A stretch of 64,000 bases of DNA from a virus (Duplodnaviria; Heunggongvirae; Uroviricota; Caudoviricetes): positions 8,165 through 72,164 of the IMG/VR virus record IMGVR_UViG_3300028805_000076. One strand, written 5' to 3'. Below are positions 17,460 through 24,864 of the stretch, piece by piece. The position numbers and the translations under genes were made by a program. The notes beneath the pieces are model-generated. The model saw nothing but the letters and a program-made list of their open reading frames with translations, searched no databases and was not told where the DNA came from. The first letter of the stretch is position 1. Each line of letters starts with the position of its first letter.

Positions 17460-17515
17460 GTTAAAGTACCAGAAATATTTGGAATTGTCACCAAAAACCC
17501 TTATCTTTGCAGCGA
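17460..17515 (+). promoter_or_regulatory. repeat-module plus promoter TATCTTTGCAGCGAGGGAAAGAGCATACAGC
   Basis: -7 box 17502-17509. Confidence 0.45.
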
Positions 17516-17552
17516 GGGAAAGAGCATACAGCTACTTGTCATCAAAAGAGAC

Positions 17553-17588
17553 AAAAAAAAGGACACCCGACAGTAGTCGGATGCCCTC
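17553..17588 (-). terminator. intrinsic terminator downstream of the tRNA-Leu 3' exon
   Basis: ggacacccgac-agta-gtcggatgccc with an A8 run on plus. Confidence 0.55.
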
Positions 17589-17621
17589 CAAACAATTATT
17601 ACTAACCTTAAAAACACGTTG

Positions 17622-17670
17622 TAGCTCAAGTGGGATTCGAACCCACACGGTCGAATGACCAAGGGATTTT
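17622..17670 (-). tRNA. tRNA-Leu(UAA) 3' exon (positions 35-84)
   Basis: AAAATCCCT-TGGTCATTCGACCG-TGTGGGTTCGAATCCCAC-TTGAGCTA; near-identical to the 3' half of E. coli tRNA-Leu(UAA). Confidence 0.7.
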
Positions 17671-18451
17671 CTTACTACTCTTGCTTTGATACAAGCCAAC
17701 TTCGTGAGTTGTTGTAGTCTGGACTATTTCTTCACCATGCCAATTTGGTTTAGGTGTTTCGTATATAGTCTCTACGCCATTTAGGATAAATATCCATTTA
17801 GTAAGCCATCGCCAAAGTTTATGTCACCATAAACAAGGTTTCTGTTTGTTAGCGAAATTCTACTTCCCAATATTTTTTATTTATTGTTTTTTCCTTTCGG
17901 AAAGGAAGCACTCTTAATGTTTAGACCTCGATAATTATCTGTTTGTGCGTGGCAATTAGGGCATAAAATTTCAAGATTCTCTAATCTATCATCGGTTGTT
18001 ATTCCATTTTTATGGTGTAACTCCAATGGTATTTTTTTACCCATCCATTTTGTAAGCCCACAACATTCACATTTTTCTTCTTTAATTTGTTCTCTAAAAA
18101 GCCTATTTTTTAATTTATAAGAACTATAATGAGAATTCTCAACTAATAATTCATCGGTTTTTATTTGGCGTTTAGGATTAAATTTTAAACCTATATTCCA
18201 ACCTTTACCCGTAAAATGTGAAATATCAATTTCATACTTTTCAATAATTTTATGAAGAGTATTATAATTCCCACCACAAGGTTTTAAATTAAAAAACCTA
18301 AGCATTTCAGCAATACTATGTGAACATTTTGCTGCTTCTACATATTCTTCTTTCGTTCTTTCTTTTCTCATATCATATTACTTTAATAATAAATAGTACG
18401 ATATGAGAAAAAGTAATCACGAAATTATGACTATATTTTGGCCTTTACCAA
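17671..18451 (-). other. group-I-like intron in the tRNA-Leu anticodon loop (U34/A35), carrying an HNH ORF
   Basis: classic tRNA-Leu(UAA) intron position; exon ends in U, intron ends in G; R-like AGACUAUAUAC and S-like GAAAUAGUCC elements after the ORF. Confidence 0.6.
17877..18371 (-). CDS. HNH endonuclease (intron-encoded)
   Basis: CECCG...ELHHKNGITTDDRLENLEILCPNCH. Confidence 0.65.
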   Translation of the reverse strand: MRKERTKEEYVEAAKCSHSIAEMLRFFNLKPCGGNYNTLHKIIEKYEIDISHFTGKGWNIGLKFNPKRQIKTDELLVENSHYSSYKLKNRLFREQIKEEKCECCGLTKWMGKKIPLELHHKNGITTDDRLENLEILCPNCHAQTDNYRGLNIKSASFPKGKNNK

Positions 18452-18486
18452 AAGTCCCTAGTGTCTACCAATTCCACCACTGAGCC
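18452..18486 (-). tRNA. tRNA-Leu(UAA) 5' exon (positions 1-34)
   Basis: GGCTCAG-TG-GTGGAATTGGTAGACAC-T-AGGGA-CTT matches tRNA-Leu D-arm TGGTGGAATCGGTAGACAC and anticodon stem AGGGA/TCCCT. Confidence 0.7.
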
Positions 18487-18530
18487 ATCATTTTTGCTAT
18501 TATATAAAATAAATATAACAAACAAAAAAA

Positions 18531-18767
18531 TTAGGCTCGTAAGGCTTCAAGTTTTTCCTCTATTGCCTTTGGTGTGATAGCTTCACCGCCACCGAAGTAA
18601 ACAGTGCCGTAATAGGTGTCATCGAAAGAGTCATAGACTTCATAACGGCCATTGCCGATAATGCTCAAGTCCACTTCTCCATAACCTTTAACGTAATATG
18701 ATGTCTTCTTCATTGTTGTAAGTTTCAAATTAAATGGGGCGCTTGCTTTTCTTCGGAAGCGCCCCAA
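18531..18767 (-). CDS. hypothetical protein
   Basis: 78-aa ORF. Confidence 0.45.
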   Translation of the reverse strand: MGRFRRKASAPFNLKLTTMKKTSYYVKGYGEVDLSIIGNGRYEVYDSFDDTYYGTVYFGGGEAITPKAIEEKLEALRA

Positions 18768-18780
18768 CAGTTAAAATTGG

Positions 18781-19329
18781 TTAGCTTGCAGCTACAGTCA
18801 CTACTTCAGATGCTACAGTTGGAGTCGAGTCTGAAATTGCCTCTGAAACCATAGAAACGAGCTTCTTCACATCGATGCTCTTTTCCTTGGAATTGTAAGC
18901 CGTGAGTGGAAGAGTATCCACAGCAGACTTGAAAAGCTCAAAGTCAGTGGTGACAGTGTTGTAGATACTGTAAGCTGCGTGGTACACGCGGTCGCTTGGA
19001 TGCGCGTATCCGAAGTGTGCTCCGAAGTACTTGGCGAACTCTACGATTGCCTTGGCGGTTTCTGCGTTCCACTTCGTATGAGCTGCAACAAAGCCGCTCA
19101 ACTTGTATGCGGAAGACGTACAACCTACATAGGTGAGACACGTCATTGGAACACTCATTTCGTCAGCTATCTTGATGGCCTCCTTGCAGACCTTCTTGAG
19201 AAGACCGTACTGACGAAGGTTCAACGAAGGTGCAACAGCCATAATGCGAATGGCATCGTTGAGGCTCTTCTTTGCAAAGTCAGCACCAAGAATTGCACAC
19301 AGATTCTCTAAAGTAATTTTCTTTGCCAT
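18781..19329 (-). CDS. hypothetical protein
   Basis: 182-aa ORF. Confidence 0.5.
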   Translation of the reverse strand: MAKKITLENLCAILGADFAKKSLNDAIRIMAVAPSLNLRQYGLLKKVCKEAIKIADEMSVPMTCLTYVGCTSSAYKLSGFVAAHTKWNAETAKAIVEFAKYFGAHFGYAHPSDRVYHAAYSIYNTVTTDFELFKSAVDTLPLTAYNSKEKSIDVKKLVSMVSEAISDSTPTVASEVVTVAAS

Positions 19330-19364
19330 AGTTGTAATTTGTTTTTTAATGTTAGTAAAATTTG

Positions 19365-19640
19365 TTAAAGTAAATTGTTCTCCTTGAGCATCGATTCTAA
19401 ATCGGAAGTCTCAAAGACATAGCAATAGTCTTCCAACTCTCTATCGTATCCGACATTGTGGTCAAGAACAGTGTCTGCATCAAGCTCTCCGACTTCAGTG
19501 CCATCTACCTTTACGGTGAACTTCTCGTCAGTGAAAGGATTTTCACTATCTGCATCGAACGAGTAGGTCAAGCTAACCTTGCGTCCGTCAGCCGTATCAA
19601 AATTGATAGGCGCTAATAAAGTTTCTACAAAAAGTCTCAT
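19365..19640 (-). CDS. hypothetical acidic protein
   Basis: 91-aa ORF 25 nt below a promoter. Confidence 0.5.
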   Translation of the reverse strand: MRLFVETLLAPINFDTADGRKVSLTYSFDADSENPFTDEKFTVKVDGTEVGELDADTVLDHNVGYDRELEDYCYVFETSDLESMLKENNLL

Positions 19641-19654
19641 AATCGTGTTGTTTA

Positions 19655-19700
19655 TTAATTTTTACACCGCAAAGATACAGGAGATTTTTGAATTTTCCAA
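19655..19700 (-). promoter_or_regulatory. Bacteroides-type promoter (TATCTTTG on minus)
   Basis: plus caaagata 19670-19677. Confidence 0.5.
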
Positions 19701-19799
19701 GAAATTTTACGTCTTTAACATTATTTTAACATTTCAGTTAACAAATGTTAGTTCTGACGAAAGTCTTCGGCATAGCCTTCTTTGTTTTTTTAATGTTAA

Positions 19800-19976
19800 T
19801 TACTGTGCGATACCTAACACCCAAGAAGCCCTAAAGTACTTCAAAGCTTGTGTCGGTGTCATTGGCTTTGGTGTTTTTTCCATTGTAGGCTGTGAAGCAA
19901 GAAGCCCACGTTTGCCACTATAGCACACCTTCCAATTTGTGAACCTTTCGGTTATTGTTACGATTTCTTTATCCAT
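19800..19976 (-). CDS. small protein (58 aa)
   Basis: ATG 19976 ~30 nt below promoter 20006-20013; below the ORF-track cutoff. Confidence 0.3.
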   Translation of the reverse strand: MDKEIVTITERFTNWKVCYSGKRGLLASQPTMEKTPKPMTPTQALKYFRASWVLGIAQ

Positions 19977-19994
19977 AGTCTTGTTTGTTTTTTA

Positions 19995-20035
19995 ATTTCA
20001 CGGTGCAAAGATAAGGAAAAAATCAATACCATCAA
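19995..20035 (-). promoter_or_regulatory. promoter + conserved leader
   Basis: plus caaagata 20006-20013. Confidence 0.5.
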
Positions 20036-20092
20036 AGAATTTTCAGTTATTTAACCAGTTTTTAACATATGTGTTAATTGAATTTAACAAAA

Positions 20093-20110
20093 GGTACTTA
20101 TTTAAGTACC
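20093..20110. repeat. palindrome variant GGTACTTATTTAAGTACC (copy 5)
   Basis: 8-bp arms intact, centre changed. Confidence 0.7.
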
Positions 20111-20385
20111 CCATATGCATATATACAAACAAAAAAAAATGGACACAGTTTCACAACTATATCCATTTTATCTTTTACCTTGTGCCACTTTCACAAGCTC
20201 GTCACACGGTAACACATCTTTCATCTTATCGAGTGTTGTGTTTTTTCATTAATTTTGTTTTTCAGTTTATAAAAATACTCGATAAAAAATCCTTTGCCAT
20301 CACTCTTTCCTCTAATATAAATATATACAATTTTTTATTAAAATCAAAATTTATTCATATTTTTTTTTAATTTTTTTTTTGTTTA

Positions 20386-20813
20386 TTAAATATACTCCAA
20401 TACCTCACAGTAGATTTTTTCCCTCTCTTCGTCAGTCAAGACAAGCTCTTCACAGTTCTCGTCTTCGAAAGTATTACCGCACCATACTTCGATGTTACCT
20501 TCTTCGTTAACTACGAGACAGTCCACACGAGCACCATTGTGACGAATGCCGAAGTCACTTACAGTGATGCAGTTGTCTTCATATTCTTCAAAAAGGTCGT
20601 AAATACAAGTTTCAACACTTCCAATAACGTTACTGTTTTCTTTTTTGATGTTAATACTTTATAGTGTTGCCACACACCATCATTTACACACTGTTGAGCA
20701 AGCTCTTCAGCTTCTTCCTTGGTTTTGAACTTCTTTGGGCTAATACACACACCTTGCTTTGCCAAAGCAATCAAGAACCATTTTTTATTTGAATTGTTAT
20801 TAGTTGTTGCCAT
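20386..20813 (-). CDS. hypothetical protein; two frames joined by a putative -1 frameshift at A AAA AAG
   Basis: 0-frame ORF 20559-20813; the -1 frame is open for 84 codons (20386-20646) with no ATG, starting exactly at the heptamer (minus strand, 20640-20646). Confidence 0.35.
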
Positions 20814-20829
20814 ACATCTTTGTTTTTTT

Positions 20830-20860
20830 CTTGGTGCAAAGTTACGAAATTAATAGCATA
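20830..20860 (-). promoter_or_regulatory. Bacteroides-type promoter (TAACTTTG on minus)
   Basis: plus caaagtta 20837-20844. Confidence 0.5.
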
Positions 20861-20924
20861 TCAGCAAGAAATAATACTGTATTAACAAATTTTTAACAGT
20901 ATAGTTAAATCCAAGTTAAAGTAC

Positions 20925-20970
20925 CAGAAATATTTTGTACTCTCACGAAAAAGCCCTATCTTTGCAGCGA
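20925..20970 (+). promoter_or_regulatory. repeat-module plus promoter TATCTTTGCAGCGAGGGAAAGAGCATACAGC
   Basis: -7 box 20957-20964; the first ~40 transcribed nt match copy 17510-17550. Confidence 0.45.
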
Positions 20971-21007
20971 GGGAAAGAGCATACAGCTACTTGTCATCAG
21001 AAGACAC

Positions 21008-21037
21008 AAAAAAAGCATCGAGCATAATGCCCGATGC
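21008..21037 (-). terminator. intrinsic terminator downstream of tRNA-Gln
   Basis: gcatcgagc-ataat-gcccgatgc with an A7 run on plus. Confidence 0.5.
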
Positions 21038-21074
21038 AAAAACATTAAAAAACAATAACTATTAACAAAGCTTG

Positions 21075-21147
21075 TTGTCCCTCCAAGACTCGAACTCGGA
21101 CTTTCAGACTCAAATTCTGACGTGCTAACCATCTACACCAAGGGACA
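21075..21147 (-). tRNA. tRNA-Gln(UUG)
   Basis: acceptor TGTCCCT/AGGGACA, anticodon stem TCAGA/TCTGA, loop ATTTGAG, T arm CCGAG-TTCGAGT-CTTGG. Confidence 0.7.
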
Positions 21148-21149
21148 GT

Positions 21150-22125
21150 GTTGAATTGCTTTTATAAATATATAAAAAAATAAAATATAAAGCAAATAGA
21201 AAAGAAAAAAAAAGTGCCGATGGGAGCCAACGTGCCAAGTGCCGTGCGATAGTGGGGACTTTCTCATATTCATAGGTCCGCACCTTGCAGTGCGTAGGGG
21301 CGATTGTTGTAGCTCTCATCGGCTTTTACCCAAGGGCCGACTGTGCGGCATAGTTATGCGGCATTAACTATCCTAACTCATTTATTTTGCCGCTAATAAT
21401 GAGATTATTGGAACCTTGGTTTCAAGGGGCATTCTCGTGGACTCGATGGCGTAGAAAGGCGCAAGTATCTGCTGTTCGGAGTGGCACAGTGACCGCGTAA
21501 AGCGTGTTATAGTTTGTGCAGACTCGGAATAATGTCTCTCGTGGGAACCGCGTAAACATAAACGTGCGGTAAAATGAGACTTACGTAATGCGTTGTAGCA
21601 CCTTGGATAGGATATAATCGCCTATCCACGAAAATGCCCGAAAATTTATATTTCCTTAGCTTGAATATCGAATTCTATCTTGTCGATGTGCATAACTTGT
21701 GCGCTTGTTGAGCTAATATTATACATGCAGTTTGTTCAATGCACCAAGTATAGAAGAAATTAACAGTTTTAATTGGGCTGTCCCCTAATGTGCTGCCTCA
21801 TAGCTGTAGGATTTACAAGTTACACTTACCTTTAGATTCATTTCTCAATTAATAATTTTGATTTACCCTCAAAGGGGTCGGTCTCTTGCATTCATCGGTA
21901 TGTCGGTCAGTTAAGTTGTTGATTATTACCGTATATAAAATTATAATAAAATCTATGATTCTACTACATTTTATTTCTTGCTTCAACGAAACACTGCTTT
22001 TTAGGAACATAAAGTTCGGCCATCCACAGTTGGTTTCTCCACAAGCGTAAATTCGGTAGTACGGCTACCTATTTTTTATTAGAATATGTGTTAACTGTTA
22101 CAAACCCCACTGTTTGGTTGGGCTA
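21150..22125. ncRNA. ~1-kb ORF-free GC-enriched region; candidate large structured RNA
   Basis: no ORF of 60 aa or more on either strand apart from one that overlaps the tRNA; many local hairpins (e.g. ggatagg-atataatcg-cctatcc); composition visibly richer in G+C than the flanks. Confidence 0.3.
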
Positions 22126-22251
22126 TCACTTTGCCCAATAACTACCCTCTTTGGCGAAGATGCTGTAACGAATCTCGTCCTTACCAAACTTGTGCGGTAC
22201 TGCGAAAACGCGCTTGCTTTCTACTGCTGCATTAAAACGTCCTTTTGCCAT
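22126..22251 (-). CDS. small protein (41 aa)
   Basis: ATG 22251 ~40 nt below promoter 22294-22301. Confidence 0.3.
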   Translation of the reverse strand: MAKGRFNAAVESKRVFAVPHKFGKDEIRYSIFAKEGSYWAK

Positions 22252-22284
22252 AGTTGTTAGTTGTTTTTATTTGTTTTATTAATT

Positions 22285-22315
22285 TTGACGATGCAAAGAT
22301 AGGGTATTTATCGTT
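22285..22315 (-). promoter_or_regulatory. Bacteroides-type promoter
   Basis: plus caaagata 22294-22301. Confidence 0.5.
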
Positions 22316-22344
22316 ACCATCCAAGAAATTTTAGGTCTTTAACA

Positions 22345-22620
22345 TTATTTTAACACTTCGTGAACAATATTCAAACTTGTGACTACTGAATGAGTGTCAT
22401 TTGTATTATAAGTGTACTCACAATACATAACGTCATTGCCATCAGAATTGGTTATCTTAACAACACATTTGTTTTCATTTGGGTCAAGATTCTCAACAAC
22501 GATTGACAGATTTTCGCCCAAAACTTTTTTTAAGTTTGCCACTAAAGATTGCGGAAGATAGGAAATAACCATTCCCACACCAATTCCCAAACGATTGAAA
22601 ATATCTTGTAATACTGTCAT
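22345..22620 (-). CDS. hypothetical protein
   Basis: 91-aa ORF. Confidence 0.45.
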   Translation of the reverse strand: MTVLQDIFNRLGIGVGMVISYLPQSLVANLKKVLGENLSIVVENLDPNENKCVVKITNSDGNDVMYCEYTYNTNDTHSVVTSLNIVHEVLK

Positions 22621-22626
22621 ACCTTA

Positions 22627-22774
22627 TTTATTATTTATGTTTGCGAATAAATACATAAGATGTAAAAGAAGCTGAAGAACATTGGTCTTTCTTTTCATCT
22701 TCAATAATTGGAGATATGTAATAAGCATTATCCATTATCTCAAGTTTTGTTCCATTTGCATTATTTACCAACAT
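22627..22774 (-). CDS. small protein (48 aa) candidate
   Basis: ATG ~22774 about 30 nt below promoter 22804-22811. Confidence 0.25.
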
Positions 22775-22794
22775 AGTTGTTACTGTTTTTTAAT

Positions 22795-22825
22795 TTCGTA
22801 ACACAAAGATATAATAAATAATAAT
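22795..22825 (-). promoter_or_regulatory. Bacteroides-type promoter
   Basis: plus caaagata 22804-22811. Confidence 0.45.
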
Positions 22826-22944
22826 CAAATCCAAGAAATAACTGTGAAAAAATATTAATGTGAATAGATTTTAACATTTAAGTACCCTATATAATAATGG
22901 CTTGACGATTATCGCCAAGCCATCTATCTGCAAGTCAGAAGAGA

Positions 22945-23646
22945 TTAGGCATAGACAAAGGTGATTGACTTGCTTGGGTCATACTCCATCACGTCAGTGC
23001 CATCACTTGCCATCTTGAGAAGAGCGTGAATGCCTTTCGTGGTCGCTGTTATATTTTCACCGATACGCTCGTTGAGCTGCTTGATGCCCAAACGTTTGCC
23101 ATCTTTCGAGCCATAGACCACTTCCTTGCCCTTATACATTGGATTCGCATAGAGCTGCGCTTCAACGCACCCATCAGCTATCTTGTTGATTGCGGTGAGC
23201 ATATCGTCCATTGCATAGGCAAGCTTCTCGATATAGCCGTAAATGTCCTTGTCTGACTTCTTCGCTATCTTCTCTATTTTAATAGCCGCATCAGTTGCTT
23301 TGTGGTGAGCTTCCACAAATTCCTCGAAATGTGGCTGAATATGCTCGTCACGAACGATTGTGCGCCAAATGTTGCCCCACTGCTTGTATCCGTGACGGAA
23401 GTAAGCCATATAGCTCTTGGAGAGCTTGAAGCTCGTGTTGATGTTTGCCACTTGCATTGCCAAGAGACGCATAGCGGTGACACTGCGCTTCTTCTTCGCT
23501 GCCCTCTTCTCGTCTGCTTCTGCTTCCTTCTTCTTGGCTCTCTTCATTTCCTTGTACTCACGAAGTGATACCTTGCTTCCATCACTCAAATAGATTGTTG
23601 TCTCGTCCAAATAATCGGACACACTGAAAGAACGATTCTTTGCCAT
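22945..23646 (-). CDS. hypothetical protein
   Basis: start set at ATG 23646 (MAKNRSF) ~45 nt below the promoter. Confidence 0.5.
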   Translation of the reverse strand: MAKNRSFSVSDYLDETTIYLSDGSKVSLREYKEMKRAKKKEAEADEKRAAKKKRSVTAMRLLAMQVANINTSFKLSKSYMAYFRHGYKQWGNIWRTIVRDEHIQPHFEEFVEAHHKATDAAIKIEKIAKKSDKDIYGYIEKLAYAMDDMLTAINKIADGCVEAQLYANPMYKGKEVVYGSKDGKRLGIKQLNERIGENITATTKGIHALLKMASDGTDVMEYDPSKSITFVYA

Positions 23647-23649
23647 ATT

Positions 23650-23705
23650 GCTATTGTTTTTAATGTTAGTAATTGTTTTAATTTCACGGTGCAAAGTTAC
23701 GCATT
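23650..23705 (-). promoter_or_regulatory. promoter + conserved ~60-nt leader module
   Basis: plus caaagtta 23692-23699; aatgttagtaattgttttaatttcacggtgcaaag shared with 17340-17390. Confidence 0.55.
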
Positions 23706-23769
23706 TTTTTTGACTCAACCAAATTTTTTACAAAAAAAATGATGCCTATTAAGTTTATTTAACAATTGT

Positions 23770-23835
23770 GTTAAATTCAGGTTAAAGCCATTAAAATATT
23801 TTGTACTCTCACAAAAAAGCACTATCTTTGCAGCG
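23770..23835 (+). promoter_or_regulatory. repeat-module plus promoter TATCTTTGCAGCGAGGGAA
   Basis: -7 box 23823-23830. Confidence 0.45.
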
Positions 23836-23854
23836 AGGGAATTGAGTGTGGTCA

Positions 23855-23872
23855 GATACTTAATTAAGTACC
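23855..23872. repeat. palindrome copy 6 (GATACTTAATTAAGTACC)
   Basis: one substitution from the consensus; lies ~25 nt after the plus promoter. Confidence 0.7.
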
Positions 23873-23887
23873 CTATTTGGCAGCACA

Positions 23888-23930
23888 AAAAATGGCATCG
23901 ACTTTCACAAGCCAATGCCATTTTTCTTTT
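23888..23930 (+). terminator. intrinsic terminator (loop TTTCACAAG)
   Basis: aatggcatcgac-tttcacaa-gccaatgccatt + tttttctttt. Confidence 0.5.
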
Positions 23931-24042
23931 ATATTCCTACTGTACCTTTGTGGTAAAGTGCTATTCGTGCGCTCCCTCGGAACAGTAAAAATATAAATAG
24001 CTTAAAGTTTCAATTTAGTGCACTGTAGAAACTTTTTTTTCA

Positions 24043-24528
24043 CTAATTTCTATCATCTTCCTCGTCAGACTGCTTATGATAGTCTTCATCATTCTCGGTG
24101 CTCCAAACAACCTTGCGCTCTTCTTGGTCATATATTTCAATGTCATCACTGTGAGAGTCACCCCACCAATAATCGGCAACTGCTGAAGCAATAACATCGG
24201 CCAAATAATCCGAAGAATATAGAATATCGTCTTCTCGACCGACAATGCGCTGACAATAACGGTCTTGGTCTTGGTACTCATAATCGCGTGTGCGCTTGTT
24301 GTAAAACGTCTCATAAGAGTCGCTAATACAAAGCCAATCAATCAACAGTTCGGGGTCGTGCTCGAAAAGGTCATCAAGCTCGGTCTCTTCAATTCCATCG
24401 GGGTAATACTCTTCCAAAAGCTCTTGAAGCTTCTTAATTTCGTCCTCGGTGAAAAGGTCATAGACAACTTGTGCGCCACGTGACCACTTAATGTCGGTCA
24501 AATTCTTTTCTTTATAGACTTTAATCAT
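24043..24528 (-). CDS. hypothetical acidic protein
   Basis: 161-aa ORF. Confidence 0.5.
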   Translation of the reverse strand: MIKVYKEKNLTDIKWSRGAQVVYDLFTEDEIKKLQELLEEYYPDGIEETELDDLFEHDPELLIDWLCISDSYETFYNKRTRDYEYQDQDRYCQRIVGREDDILYSSDYLADVIASAVADYWWGDSHSDDIEIYDQEERKVVWSTENDEDYHKQSDEEDDRN

Positions 24529-24559
24529 ATCAGTAGAAATTAAAAGTTAATAATTATTG

Positions 24560-24590
24560 TTTTGACGGTGCAAAGTTAGTAAAAATATCA
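24560..24590 (-). promoter_or_regulatory. Bacteroides-type promoter
   Basis: plus caaagtta 24571-24578. Confidence 0.5.
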
Positions 24591-24658
24591 ATACCACCCA
24601 AATATTTCATCAAAAAAATGAATATTATTCACATTATTTAACATATCAGCTATATATG

Positions 24659-24676
24659 GGTACTTATTTAAGTACC
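24659..24676. repeat. palindrome variant GGTACTTATTTAAGTACC (copy 7)
   Basis: same variant as copy 5. Confidence 0.7.
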
Positions 24677-24864
24677 TATTAACAAATGCCCAAACCAAAT
24701 TGATGGAATGGGCATTTTGTTTAGAATAAGCTAACTGAAAGCCTCATAAGCCACAAGATACCGAAGTATCCTATACATACTGTTGCCACACACACGATAA
24801 AGCAACACAGTATGAAAGCCAAGTATTTGGCATAATCGAGCACCTCTTTCATAACAGTACTGTA

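Noticed and set aside
17458-17658. 66-aa plus ORF
   Set aside because: Spans a promoter, a terminator hairpin and the tRNA-Leu 3' exon; not coding.
18430-18500. independent tRNA gene at 18452-18486
   Set aside because: Only the 5' half (acceptor, D-arm, anticodon 5' stem) is present; its partner half lies 781 nt away, so it is interpreted as an exon of a split tRNA-Leu.
19579-19923. 114-aa plus ORF
   Set aside because: Antisense to minus genes 19365-19640 and 19800-19976, which have promoter support.
21125-21319. 64-aa minus ORF
   Set aside because: Overlaps tRNA-Gln and the structured non-coding region; hydrophobic junk translation.
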